From assembly GCA_963794325.1 (NCBI GenBank), contig CAWCDG010000004.1, positions 736,001-800,000 of the forward strand: 64,000 nt of DNA. Reading direction: 5' to 3'. This DNA comes from an uncultured delta proteobacterium. Its GTDB lineage: Bacteria; Desulfobacterota; Binatia; Binatales; Binataceae. Made by a program: the position numbers and the translations under genes. The notes under the pieces were generated by a model, which saw nothing but the letters and a program-made list of their open reading frames with translations, was not told the DNA's origin and did no database searches. Positions within the stretch are counted from its first letter, which is position 1. Every line of letters starts with the position of its first letter. Shown here piece after piece: positions 10,905 to 20,910 of this stretch.

Positions 10905-11298
10905 AATTCTGCTCGGGAGCCTGAGCGAGGAGGATAGAGAGGCTCAATCGCGATTTCCAGTGCGTGCCCTTTTCGCGAACTGATTCTCAGGAAAATTCCA
11001 TTCACGATGCAGCCAAACCGGCGATCGATGCGTATATTTATCGTAGCGGCTGCGGGAGACTCGTGATTCGCCCGATGATCGCGTGCGAATCATAGTGCGA
11101 TGATAGATATTTAGTTGACTCGGATGGCGGCGATCTTTAGATTGAAATGTTGGTGTCGCTTGCTTGCCTTTGTATTCTCGTCTGTATAAATGAGGCTACC
11201 TGACTCCCGGCTCGCGGTCGTAACAACGGCCGAATTGCGCGCCGAGTTTTCACTATCGCATCGGCGGCTAACGTCCGCGCATAACGGAAGCAAAACGA

Positions 11299-13062
11299 AT
11301 GAAGCAGAAGTACGAAGGTAAAGACCTACAGGGCCTCGTCGATCTCGGACGCGAGCAAGGTTACCTCACCTTCGAGCAGGTAAACGACTTCCTGCCTCAG
11401 GATGTCGCGTCGCCCACCGACCTGCGCGCCGCCCTCGACAGCTTCGAGGACTTGGACATCAAGGTGCTCGAGGAAGTTCCGACCGAAGGCGCCGACGAAG
11501 TCGAGGTCGAGACCAAGGAAGAGGCCGAAGAAGCGCCCGAGGCCCCGGCGCCCGCCGCTGATTCGCTCGGCGAGTCGTCCGACCCGGTTCGCCTTTACCT
11601 GAAAGAGATGGGCAACTTCCAGCTTCTCTCGCGGGAGCAGGAAGTCGAAATTGCCAAACGCATCGAGGCCGGCGAGAACGAAGTCGAAGAAGAAGTGCTC
11701 GGCTCGCCGATCATGCTCGATTTCGTGATTCGGGTGGGCGAGCGCGTCGAGGCGGGTGAAGCCGATCTGCGCGACGTCTTCGAGGACGCTGCCGAAGTGC
11801 CTGACGATCCCGACGAAGAGCGCGGACCCGAAGCCGACGAGCGTCAGCTCAAGAAGCTGAGCCTCGCGACCAAAAAGCTGACCGACCTGCGCACCAAGAT
11901 CGAGGCAATCGAGGAAGAACTTCGCAACAAGCCCGGTCCGCGCCGCAAGCCCAAGCTCGACAAGGATTTGGAGCGCTACAACGAGCGCGTGAAAAAAGAA
12001 TTGCGCACGATGGGATTGTCGCGCCGCTTGATGGAAGCCGTGATCGGCGAGATGCGCGACTTCCTGCAGCAGTACCGCATCGCGCAACACACCATTGCCA
12101 AATACGAAGAGGCGACCGGCCGCTCGCGCACCCATCTGCTCAAGGAAGCCGCCGAGGCTGAAGATCGCCGCCACGTTCTCAAGATCAATGACGTTCGCGA
12201 AAACCTGCTCGACATCGCGGCACGGATTCGCCTCGCGCAGAAGACGATTCGCGAAGTCGAAAAAAAGGCCAAGGACGACGGCGAAGACTACGCGCGCAAG
12301 CTCGAGACCATCGCCGCCGGACAGGACAAGAGCCGCCGCGCCAAGAAGGAACTGACCGAAGCCAACCTCCGCCTCGTCGTCAGCCTTGCCAAACGCTACA
12401 CCAATCGCGGCCTCGGCTTCCTCGACCTGATCCAGGAAGGCAACATCGGCCTGATGCGCGCGGTCGACAAGTTCGAATATCAGCGCGGCTATAAATTTTC
12501 GACGTACGCGACCTGGTGGATTCGCCAATCGATGTCGCGTGCGATCGCCGACCAGGGCCGCACCATTCGTATCCCCGTGCACATGGTCGAGACCATCAAC
12601 AAGCTGCTGCGCGTGACGCGCCTGCTCGTGCAGCGCCTCGGTCGCGAGCCCGGCCCCGAGGAAATCGCGGAGCAAATGGAGATGCCGCTGGACAAGGTCC
12701 AGAAGGTGCTGAAGATCGTCAAGGAACCGATTTCGCTGGAAACGCCAATCGGCGACGAAGAAGAAAGTTCGCTCGGCGATTTCGTCGAGGACGAGCTCGC
12801 GCCGTCGCCGGTCGAGGCGGCAATCCAGGGCAACCTCGGCGAGCAGACGCGCAAGGTCCTCGCGACGCTGACTCCGCGCGAGGAGCAGATTCTGCGCATG
12901 CGCTTCGGCATCGGCCAGAAGACCGACTACACCCTCGAGGAAGTCGGCAAACAATTCGCCGTCACCCGCGAGCGCATCCGCCAAATCGAGGCCAAAGCGC
13001 TGCGCAAACTCCGCCAGACTGGCAGATCCCGCACCCTCGAAGGCTTCCAGGAACGCGAGTAG
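11299..13062 (+). CDS. rpoD: RpoD-type sigma-70 factor (regions 1.1-4)
   Basis: Region 1.1 [57 protein letters not shown]. Confidence 0.92.
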   Translation: MKQKYEGKDLQGLVDLGREQGYLTFEQVNDFLPQDVASPTDLRAALDSFEDLDIKVLEEVPTEGADEVEVETKEEAEEAPEAPAPAADSLGESSDPVRLYLKEMGNFQLLSREQEVEIAKRIEAGENEVEEEVLGSPIMLDFVIRVGERVEAGEADLRDVFEDAAEVPDDPDEERGPEADERQLKKLSLATKKLTDLRTKIEAIEEELRNKPGPRRKPKLDKDLERYNERVKKELRTMGLSRRLMEAVIGEMRDFLQQYRIAQHTIAKYEEATGRSRTHLLKEAAEAEDRRHVLKINDVRENLLDIAARIRLAQKTIREVEKKAKDDGEDYARKLETIAAGQDKSRRAKKELTEANLRLVVSLAKRYTNRGLGFLDLIQEGNIGLMRAVDKFEYQRGYKFSTYATWWIRQSMSRAIADQGRTIRIPVHMVETINKLLRVTRLLVQRLGREPGPEEIAEQMEMPLDKVQKVLKIVKEPISLETPIGDEEESSLGDFVEDELAPSPVEAAIQGNLGEQTRKVLATLTPREEQILRMRFGIGQKTDYTLEEVGKQFAVTRERIRQIEAKALRKLRQTGRSRTLEGFQERE

Positions 13063-13084
13063 CCCGGCTTTCCGATCGCGCCTG

Positions 13085-13254
13085 AGAACCTAACCCCCAA
13101 CCCCTTCCCATAGTGGGAAGGGGAACCGGATTTAGGAAGAACCCCTTCCCGAGCGGGAAGGGGAACCGGAAATAAAGGAGAGACTTCCCGATCGGGAGGC
13201 CCGTTCTTTCTTATTCCCCTTCCCACTATGGGAAGGGGTTAGGGGTTAGGTTCT
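13085..13254. repeat. REP/MITE-like element with 41-bp terminal inverted repeats and internal CCCCTTCCC/GGGAAGGGG hairpins
   Basis: 13085-13125 and 13214-13254 are reverse complements with 1 mismatch; a related unit lies at 19080-19121. Confidence 0.85.
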
Positions 13255-13282
13255 TGAATCTCTTGTGCTACGAATTCCCTCG

Positions 13283-14668
13283 ATGCCCGCCCGCCCCAAC
13301 ATCATCCTCATCCTCGCCGACGACATGGGTTACGGCGACTTCGGATGCTTCAACTACGGCGCGTCGCGCACCCCCACTCTCGATCATCTCGTCAATGAAG
13401 GACTCTGCCTGACGCAGCACTATTCGGCGTCTCCCGTATGCGCACCAGCGCGAGCCTCGCTCATGACGGGCCGCTATCCACATCGCACCGGCGTCATCGA
13501 CACCCTCGAAACGCGCGGCCTCGATCGCCTTGCGCTGCGTGAATTAACCGTCGCCGAACTCCTGAAACGCGCAGGCTACACCACCGGCCTCGTCGGCAAA
13601 TGGCACAACGGCGCGTACGATCCGCGCTACCATCCGAACCGTCGAGGCTTCGACGAGTTCGCCGGTTTTTCCGGCGGATGGCAGCCCTACTACCAGTGGA
13701 ATCTCGATCGCAACGGCTCGATCTCGCGCGCCGACGGCCGCTACTTGACCGACGTCTTCACTGCCGAGGCGATCGATTTCATCAGTCGCCATCGCACTGA
13801 TCCATTCTTCCTGCACCTCGCGTACAACGCGCCGCATTTTCCTTTCGAAGCGCCGGAGGCCGACGCCGCGCCGTACAAAGCCAGCGGCAACTTCACGCCC
13901 GCGGTCAGCCAAATCTACGCGATGATCGAATGTATGGATCGCGGAATCGCGCGCGTGCTCGACACGCTCGATCGATCGGGACTCACCGACAACACTATCG
14001 TGATGTTCTCGAGCGACAATGGGCCGCAGTTCGGCGGCAAGGGCGAGATGTGCACCGACCGCTTCAACTGCGGTTTTGCGGGCTCGAAGTTGCTCGTGTA
14101 CGAAGGCGGAATCCGCTTGCCGATGGTGATCCGATGGCCCGCGGGACTCGACGGCCACCGCCAGGTCCACGACATGATTCATTTCACCGACTGGCTGCCG
14201 ACGCTCCTCGCAATCGCCGGCGCCGAGCCGCCGCGCGACCTCAAGCTCGACGGAATCAACGTGATGCCGACGCTACAAGGCGACCGCGGCAAGGTCCCGA
14301 CCAAGCGTTTCTGGCAATGGAACCGCTACACGCCCGACGCCGAATGCAACGCCGCGATGCGCGACGGCCGCTGGAAGCTGGTCCGCCCCGCGATCCGCGA
14401 GTTGATGCAGGTCTCGAACGAAGACCTCGCGATGGACGTGCAATCGAAGTACAACCCCGAAAATTTCCACGACATCGCGCGCGGCCCCGAGCCGGAGCGT
14501 GTAAAATCCTTACCGCCCCCGGCGCAACTTTTCGATATCGTCAGCGATCCTTTCGAGCGGATCGATCTCGCCGCGAGCGAACCCGCCCGCGTATCGAAGA
14601 TGACCAACGCGCTCGCGTCATGGTTCGATGACGTCGAGCAGGACCGCCGCTCGATTCCGGCGGTTTGA
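13283..14668 (+). CDS. Arylsulfatase A-family (formylglycine-dependent) sulfatase
   Basis: PNIILILADD, CAPAR (CxPxR), LMTGR, GKWH, APH, SSDNG, YEGGIR. Confidence 0.93.
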   Translation: MPARPNIILILADDMGYGDFGCFNYGASRTPTLDHLVNEGLCLTQHYSASPVCAPARASLMTGRYPHRTGVIDTLETRGLDRLALRELTVAELLKRAGYTTGLVGKWHNGAYDPRYHPNRRGFDEFAGFSGGWQPYYQWNLDRNGSISRADGRYLTDVFTAEAIDFISRHRTDPFFLHLAYNAPHFPFEAPEADAAPYKASGNFTPAVSQIYAMIECMDRGIARVLDTLDRSGLTDNTIVMFSSDNGPQFGGKGEMCTDRFNCGFAGSKLLVYEGGIRLPMVIRWPAGLDGHRQVHDMIHFTDWLPTLLAIAGAEPPRDLKLDGINVMPTLQGDRGKVPTKRFWQWNRYTPDAECNAAMRDGRWKLVRPAIRELMQVSNEDLAMDVQSKYNPENFHDIARGPEPERVKSLPPPAQLFDIVSDPFERIDLAASEPARVSKMTNALASWFDDVEQDRRSIPAV

Positions 14669-14693
14669 TTTACGGCGTGAAGGCACTGCCGCC

Positions 14694-15656
14694 TTACGGA
14701 GAGTGGCCATCCTTCGTGCTCACGGTGACGCTGTTGCCGCCCAGAATGCTGGAGGCTTGCCCGCTCGCGGTATTGCTCTCGCCTCCGCTGACACTGGAGT
14801 CCGTGCCGCTCGCTGTGTTAGCGGCGCCGCCCTGAATGCTCGACGCCAGAACGCTCGCCGTATTGCCCCCGCCACCGCTGACGCTCGCTGTTTGACCGCT
14901 TGCGGTGTTCGACAGGCCACCGCTGACGCTGGATGAACCACCGCTCGCCGCGTTGTGCGCGCCGCCGCTGACGCTCGCATCCTGGCTGCTCGCCGTGTTC
15001 GACTGGCCGCCGCTGACGCTCGAGCCTGCGCCATTAGACGCGTTTAGCTCGCCGCCGCTGACGCTATCGATACCCGCGTTGCCGTTGAAACAGTTCGACA
15101 GGCCCGCGGGAAATGCGGTCGCGCCGGCAGCATTGCAATCCCCGCCGGTAATGGTGGCCTCGTCAGAGCTGATGAAGTTCCCGAAGCCGAAGACCGCTCC
15201 GCCGCTGGCAGTGAACTCATGATCAGGGCCGACCACCAGATTGTGCGACCCGGTCCGATTGGGGTCGATGGTTGAAGCGCCGAGGCTATCTTCGTCGTAG
15301 CCGATAAACAGGTTTCCCAATCCGGTTGAGTCCGCCGTGGTGCCAGACCCGCTCTCAATATGGACATTGGCGCCGCTGATGACGATGTTCGGTCCCTTAA
15401 CGCCGTTCTCAGCGCTCGCATCCACGCTGACAAAGGACCCGAGCGCCAGCGCATGATTGTTCTGCACCGCCGCCAGCGCCGTCTGCAGAGTTGCGACCTG
15501 CGCCTGCAGCGTCGTGATCAGCGCCAACAGACAGTTGCCTTTCGTGCTTCCGGGCTTGCAGGTCTTTGTCTTTGTCGCAACGTCCTGGGCCAAGGCCGGG
15601 GACGACAGGGCTATCGCGAGCAGGGTCAGCGCCAATAGGGATTTCAAGGTCTTCAT
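14694..15656 (-). CDS. Secreted fibre/adhesin-like protein: coiled coil plus 14-aa SVSGGxxNxASG beta-roll repeats (paralog 2)
   Basis: GAGGAG RBS before ATG 15656, signal peptide ending ALA, CxxxxxxxxC, heptad stretch, about 8 tandem 14-aa repeats. Confidence 0.8.
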   Translation of the reverse strand: MKTLKSLLALTLLAIALSSPALAQDVATKTKTCKPGSTKGNCLLALITTLQAQVATLQTALAAVQNNHALALGSFVSVDASAENGVKGPNIVISGANVHIESGSGTTADSTGLGNLFIGYDEDSLGASTIDPNRTGSHNLVVGPDHEFTASGGAVFGFGNFISSDEATITGGDCNAAGATAFPAGLSNCFNGNAGIDSVSGGELNASNGAGSSVSGGQSNTASSQDASVSGGAHNAASGGSSSVSGGLSNTASGQTASVSGGGGNTASVLASSIQGGAANTASGTDSSVSGGESNTASGQASSILGGNSVTVSTKDGHSP

Positions 15657-15711
15657 CAATTCGTTCTCCTCGTTATGCAGGCCGATTGGTGTTAGGGGAC
15701 ACTGTCTTTGA

Positions 15712-16686
15712 CTACGGCGTGAAAGAACCCCCGCCATCGCTGGCGTCGGTGCCGCTTTCAGTGATGCCGTTGCCGCCCAGAATGCTGGAATGACCCCCGC
15801 TCGCCTCATTGTTCTCGCCACCACTGACGCTCGATCGAAAGCCGCTCGCCTTGTTGGACTGGCCTCCGCTGACGCTCGATGTAGGGCCGCTCGCGGTGTT
15901 GAATGCGCCGCCGCTGACGTTTGATGAAGGACCACTAGAGATGTTGCCCGTGCCACCGCTGATGCTGGAGTCTCCATTAGTCGCTTGGTTGAATCCGCCG
16001 CCGCTGATGCTCGAATCATTGCCGCTCGCAGTGTTGCCAAAGCCGCCGACGACGTTTGCTCCTTCCGAGGCGCCCGGAGTTGACGAACATGACTTTAAAG
16101 GTATTAAAGCTCCGCCCGCAGTGTTGCACTCGCCTCCTGTGACGCCGGCGTAGTTTGCGAGAGTGGCGTTCGCAAAGCCGCTTACCATACCGCCGCTGGC
16201 GGTGAACTCATGCTGCGGGCCTACGATCAAGTTGTGCGAGCCGGTCCGGTTGACGTCTATCGTCAAAGGCTCGATCGAATCTTCATCGTAGCCGACCACC
16301 AAATTTCCCAATCCGGTTGCGTCCACTGTGGTGCCGGACCCACTCTCGATATGGACATTGGCGCCGCTGATGATGACGTTCGGTCCTGCAAGGCCATTCT
16401 CCGCACCCGCATCGACACTGACGTAGGGGCCAAGCGCCAGCGCATGATTGTTCTGTACGGCAGTCAGCGCCGTCTGGAGGGTTGTGATGTTGGTATTAGC
16501 CGTACTCAATGCCGTCTGCAGGGTTGCGACCTGCCCCTGTAGCGTCGTGATCAGCGCCAACAGACAGTTGCCCTTCGTGCTTCCGGGCTTGCAGGTCTTT
16601 TTCGCGTCAACGTTCTGAGCAAACGCGGGCGACGACAGGACGATCACGAGCATGGTCAGCGCCAATCGGGACGTCAAGGTCTTCAT
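15712..16686 (-). CDS. Secreted fibre/adhesin-like protein (paralog 1)
   Basis: AAGGAG RBS, signal peptide, same architecture, near-identical TCKPGSTKGNCLLALITTLQ segment. Confidence 0.8.
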   Translation of the reverse strand: MKTLTSRLALTMLVIVLSSPAFAQNVDAKKTCKPGSTKGNCLLALITTLQGQVATLQTALSTANTNITTLQTALTAVQNNHALALGPYVSVDAGAENGLAGPNVIISGANVHIESGSGTTVDATGLGNLVVGYDEDSIEPLTIDVNRTGSHNLIVGPQHEFTASGGMVSGFANATLANYAGVTGGECNTAGGALIPLKSCSSTPGASEGANVVGGFGNTASGNDSSISGGGFNQATNGDSSISGGTGNISSGPSSNVSGGAFNTASGPTSSVSGGQSNKASGFRSSVSGGENNEASGGHSSILGGNGITESGTDASDGGGSFTP

Positions 16687-16951
16687 CGATTCGTTCTCCT
16701 TGGTATGCGGGGCGCTTCGTGCTCAGGACCACTGGTTTGTCGCATAAGCACTAGTCACACGCAAACGCGGGTAAGTCCGCCGAAGTATCTGCTACCTGCC
16801 TATGCGCATCGCAGGCGTTACTTGATGTCAGTTGTGATGCTAATCATCCGCCGGTTTCCGGTTGCCCGTATGGATTGAATTCATCCGCGATGGTCTGATT
16901 TAAGAGTCTGTTACAAGGCACCTTCGCCACCGGCTTTCCGATGGAGCGCAA

Positions 16952-19057
16952 ATGAACGAGCAAGTTACCCGCCAAATCCTGTGGAACATCCCCGCCCCGT
17001 TCATCGTGATGATGTACGCCCTGCTCGCGCTGCTGATGGTCGGTTGCGCCTATGCGTTTCTCAAGTGGTATCGGCTGGTGACTCTCGGCGTGTCCGAAAA
17101 TCGCCTCGATCGTCCCTTCGAGCGGTTGATGCTCTCGCTGCGCGATTCGTTTGGACAGGGCAACGTGATCCGCGAGACCTGGGGCTGGATGCATTACGCG
17201 TTCTACGTCGCATTCGTCGGATTGTTCATCGGCACCACTATCGTCCTGATCAACAGCGACCTGCGCGACCTCGCCAACCTGTTCGGCTTCGATTTCTACT
17301 TCTACTACGGCGACTTCTATCTGTACTTCAAAGCCGCGATGGACACCTTCTTCCTGCTGCTGATCCTCGGCGTGCTGATGGAAGGTGCGCGGCGTTCTCT
17401 TCGCAAACCGACCGTGTTGAACGACCCGCCCGCCGACAAGATGCGTGACAATCTCGAGAACCGGCTCGGCTATTGGTTCCCGATGTCTATGATGGTGCTG
17501 GCTGCGGTCACCGGCCTGATGCTCGAGGGCGCGCGTATCAACGCCGCGCATCCCGCCTTCCACGAATGGGCATACGTGGGACGCGTCGTGGGGCGAATCG
17601 AGGGCGCGCTCGGAGCGGGCGTCACTTACCATCGATGGCTGTGGCTGGTGCACGTGCTGCTCGTGTTCACCCTGCTGTTTTGTTTTCCCTTCACCAAGCT
17701 GCGTCATCTGATCTTCGGACCGCTGAATCTTTTCTTCCGCAACATGGGTCCGCGCGGACGGCTCGCGCCGATCAAGGATTTCGAAAACGCGGAAACCTTC
17801 GGCGTCTCGCAGGTCGAGCAGTACACCTGGAAGCAACTGCTCGACATGAGCTCGTGCCTCGAATGCGGCCGATGCACCATCAACTGCCCCACCGTCAGCA
17901 CCGGCAAAGTGTTGAATCCGAAATATCTTGTGATCGAACAGCGCGAGCATCTGCTCGACAAAGCCCCGTTTCTGCTCGCCGCGAAGGCCAACGGCAAAGC
18001 CGCTGAGGGTGCGGAAGCGCCCGCATGGAACGGCCCCGACATGATCACGCAGGTCGCGACCGAAGAAGCGGTATGGGGATGCACGACCTGCGGATGGTGC
18101 GAAGAGGGCTGCCCGGTCGGCATCGAGCACATCCAGCGAATCGTGGACATGCGCCGCTACGACGTGCTGATGGAATCGCGATTCCCGACCGAGTTGACCG
18201 GCGCATTCAAGGGAATCGAGAACCAGGGGAATCCATGGGGGCTCGCGCAGGAGAAGCGCGCCGAATGGGCCAAGGGTCTCGACATTCCCGAGATCGCCGA
18301 GCTCGAACAGCCGGCGGACATCGACGTGCTGTACTGGGTCGGATGCGCCGGTTCGTACGACGAGCGTAATCAGCGCGTCAGCAAGTCGTTCTCAGGCCTG
18401 ATGAAACAGGCGGGCGTCAAGTTTGCGATTCTCGGCCGCGAGGAAACCTGCACCGGCGACCCTGCACGCCGGCTCGGCAACGAATACCTGTACGCGACGG
18501 TCGCAGCGCAGAACGTCGAGACGCTCAATCGCTACAAGCCGCGGCGAATCGTCACTCAATGCCCGCACTGCTTTCACAATCTGAAGAACGAGTACCCCGA
18601 CTTTGGCGGCAACTACACGGTCCTGCACGAAGCCGAATTTATCGACGAGCTAATCCAGGCCGGGCGCCTGAAGCCGCGCGGCAAGATCGACGAGCGCATC
18701 ACCTACCACGACCCGTGCTACATGGCGCGGCACAATCGCAAATGGGACAGCGCTCGCAGCGCGCTCGGCGCGATTCCCGGCGCCGAGGTGGTGGAGGTCG
18801 AGCAGTCGAAGAATCGCACATTCTGCTGCGGCGCCGGCGGCGGATGCTTCTGGAAAGAGGAGCACGAAGGTACCCGCATCAATCAGAAACGCTTCGATCA
18901 ACTTCAGGAAGCCAAGCCGAAATGCGTTGCCGTCGGATGCCCCTTCTGCATGACGATGCTCGAAGACGCGGTGAAATCCCGCTCGCTCGAAGAAACAGTG
19001 CGCGTCCGCGACCTCGCAGAACTAGTCGCCGAATCCACCGGCGTCCCCACCAAGTGA
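16952..19057 (+). CDS. Membrane Fe-S oxidoreductase (FadF/DUF224, ETF:quinone oxidoreductase-like, HdrD-related)
   Basis: N-terminal TM domain with His residues, CLECGRC..CP, CTTCGWC..CP, CCG domains (CPHC, HDPC, CCGAGG, CPFC). Confidence 0.88.
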   Translation: MNEQVTRQILWNIPAPFIVMMYALLALLMVGCAYAFLKWYRLVTLGVSENRLDRPFERLMLSLRDSFGQGNVIRETWGWMHYAFYVAFVGLFIGTTIVLINSDLRDLANLFGFDFYFYYGDFYLYFKAAMDTFFLLLILGVLMEGARRSLRKPTVLNDPPADKMRDNLENRLGYWFPMSMMVLAAVTGLMLEGARINAAHPAFHEWAYVGRVVGRIEGALGAGVTYHRWLWLVHVLLVFTLLFCFPFTKLRHLIFGPLNLFFRNMGPRGRLAPIKDFENAETFGVSQVEQYTWKQLLDMSSCLECGRCTINCPTVSTGKVLNPKYLVIEQREHLLDKAPFLLAAKANGKAAEGAEAPAWNGPDMITQVATEEAVWGCTTCGWCEEGCPVGIEHIQRIVDMRRYDVLMESRFPTELTGAFKGIENQGNPWGLAQEKRAEWAKGLDIPEIAELEQPADIDVLYWVGCAGSYDERNQRVSKSFSGLMKQAGVKFAILGREETCTGDPARRLGNEYLYATVAAQNVETLNRYKPRRIVTQCPHCFHNLKNEYPDFGGNYTVLHEAEFIDELIQAGRLKPRGKIDERITYHDPCYMARHNRKWDSARSALGAIPGAEVVEVEQSKNRTFCCGAGGGCFWKEEHEGTRINQKRFDQLQEAKPKCVAVGCPFCMTMLEDAVKSRSLEETVRVRDLAELVAESTGVPTK

Positions 19058-19079
19058 TCGCGTCGTGAGCTCCCCCGCT

Positions 19080-19210
19080 CCGGTTCCCCTTCCCGCTCGG
19101 GAAGGGGTTAGGGGTTAGGTTGCACGAAGCGTGAGCACTCTTTTCATCCTGACGAAGCTTCGCGTCGCAGTCTGTCATCCTGACGAAGCGAGCAACGCGA
19201 GCGGCAGGAA
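19080..19210. repeat. Mosaic of a CCCCTTCCC-type REP and two TCATCCTGACGAAGC-type repeat units
   Basis: 19080-19121 matches the 13.1-kb element; 19173-19210 matches the reverse complement of 61917-61954 at 37/38. Confidence 0.8.
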
Positions 19211-19303
19211 ATGGCTTCTGGCCTCCGGACAACTTCGTTCCACACGCGAAGCCGGTTCCGATCTCCGAGTCGCCCGCCTTGCGGGCCACCACCGAAAAGG
19301 CGC

Positions 19304-20266
19304 CTACTTCTTCATATCGGAAAGAAAATCCAGAATCGCCGCGTTCACCTCTCCCGGCTTTTCCTGCTGCGTCCAATGACCCGAACCCTTGACCAGCACG
19401 GTCTTGCGCAGATTCGGCACCCACGTCGTCATCCCCTCGGCCATCTCGGGCCGCAGCACAACATCGCGCTCGGCGGTAATCATCAGCGCAGGTTGCTCAA
19501 CGCGATCGACCTGCCCTTCGCTCTCCTCCCAGTTCCGATCGATGCATCGATACCAGTTCAGACCGCCGCGAAACCCGCTCTTCTTGAACGCGTTTACGAA
19601 GACTTCGAAATCCGCCTCGGTGAGAAACTTCCCGTGCGGGCGATCCGAGAATCGATCGAGCAGTCCGCCGCCCGCAGGCCCGAACACGCCCGGCGCCGAC
19701 TTCCGAATCTCGTCCGGATTCGCTTCCGGCGGATCCTGGTAGAAGCCGCGCAGCGAACGGGCAACGTCGCGTTCGAGTTCCGCCTCCGCTACGCCCGGCG
19801 TTTGAAAATAGAGAATGTAGTGAAAGCCACCCGCCGCCATCGCCCGCATCGCATCGGTCGGCTTCATCGGCGCGCGCGGTATGAACGGCGTGTTGATGCC
19901 AATGACGCGCTCGACGCGGTCACGCGCCATGAGCGCAGTGTTCCACGCGACCATGCCGCCCCAATCGTGACCGACGATCACGCATCGCCCGATGTTCAGC
20001 GCGTCGAGCATGCCGACGATATCGCCAACCAGCTTGCGCTGCGTGTATGCCTCGATCGGCGCGGGCGCTTCGCTCTCGGCATAGCCGCGCTGGTCCGGTG
20101 CGATCGCGCGAAAGCCCGCCTCCGCCAGCGCCTTCATCTGATGCCGCCACGAATACCACATCTCGGGAAAGCCATGGCAAAACACCACCGGGAACCCGTC
20201 GCCGGTTTCCGCGACGTGCATCCTGATGCCGTTGGTCCGGACGAAGCTGTGCTTGATTTCACTCAT
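19304..20266 (-). CDS. Epoxide hydrolase-like alpha/beta hydrolase
   Basis: HGFPE, DQRGY, GHDWGG, NWYR, GHWTQQE. Confidence 0.92.
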   Translation of the reverse strand: MSEIKHSFVRTNGIRMHVAETGDGFPVVFCHGFPEMWYSWRHQMKALAEAGFRAIAPDQRGYAESEAPAPIEAYTQRKLVGDIVGMLDALNIGRCVIVGHDWGGMVAWNTALMARDRVERVIGINTPFIPRAPMKPTDAMRAMAAGGFHYILYFQTPGVAEAELERDVARSLRGFYQDPPEANPDEIRKSAPGVFGPAGGGLLDRFSDRPHGKFLTEADFEVFVNAFKKSGFRGGLNWYRCIDRNWEESEGQVDRVEQPALMITAERDVVLRPEMAEGMTTWVPNLRKTVLVKGSGHWTQQEKPGEVNAAILDFLSDMKK

Positions 20267-20828
20267 CGCGTGCACCTCGGAAAATATTGCGGCGAGCAAC
20301 ACCCGATGGGCCGTTCCGGCCGTCCGATATTGCGGGTGACCTCGACGCGAAACTCTGGGCCAATCCCTGGAATTCCTCGCGAAGAACCTTGGCCGACTTG
20401 AACGCGCCAGCCAGATACGAGAGTTGGTCTTGAAGCTCGACCGCCGGTCCGAGTGCGTCGGCGAGTTCGCTCAAATGTTCGGCGAACGACGCGCAAAGCC
20501 GTTTGAGTGTCTGGTCGAGAGCCTCCAGCGGAGCAAACCGATTCGGGACCGGACGAAGGCGATCCTGGAAGTTGTGCATTGACTCGAGCACTCTGGCCAG
20601 GTCGCTGACCTGCGTCGCGAACTTGCGTAACTCGTCAAACACGTTTACCAGCTCGCCGAGCCGCTGAATCGTTTCGCGAAAAGACGCGATACGAGCGAGC
20701 TGCGCCTGCAAAGGCTCAACCTGGTCAAAAACTGCCGATACCGTCAGTCGGGCCTGAAACGCGTTGGAATCTTCGCGCTCGTTGGAAGGCAGCCCGTACA
20801 GGTCGGCTTTGATATCAAACAGTATCAT
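20259..20828 (-). CDS. Proline-punctuated amphipathic-helix protein, paralog A (more diverged)
   Basis: Colinear with paralogs B and C (VSAVFDQ..PLQ.QLA.IA...M.NFQ..L...PLE.LDQ.L). Confidence 0.7.
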   Translation of the reverse strand: MILFDIKADLYGLPSNEREDSNAFQARLTVSAVFDQVEPLQAQLARIASFRETIQRLGELVNVFDELRKFATQVSDLARVLESMHNFQDRLRPVPNRFAPLEALDQTLKRLCASFAEHLSELADALGPAVELQDQLSYLAGAFKSAKVLREEFQGLAQSFASRSPAISDGRNGPSGVARRNIFRGARDE

Positions 20829-20910
20829 CGTGCTTTTCCTGGTGCTCTTCCCACAATCGCAGACTCGCGCGGCACTTCGCGCCAGGAAAGATGGGCGGAC
20901 CGGCGTTCAC

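Noticed and set aside
11326-12984. 552-aa antisense ORF over rpoD, and similar long ORFs opposite mdtB, mdtC, mdtA, the Fe-S oxidoreductase and etf genes
   Set aside because: Shadow ORFs expected from high-GC codon bias; no motifs, and they fully overlap well-supported genes.
14720-15070. 42-bp periodic CCGCCGCTGACGCT repeats as a possible CRISPR array
   Set aside because: They are degenerate coding repeats for the 14-aa protein motif; no unique spacers and no cas genes.
15657-16040. N-terminal extension of the 448-aa ORF
   Set aside because: It overlaps paralog 1 out of frame; the RBS and signal peptide place the start at 15656.
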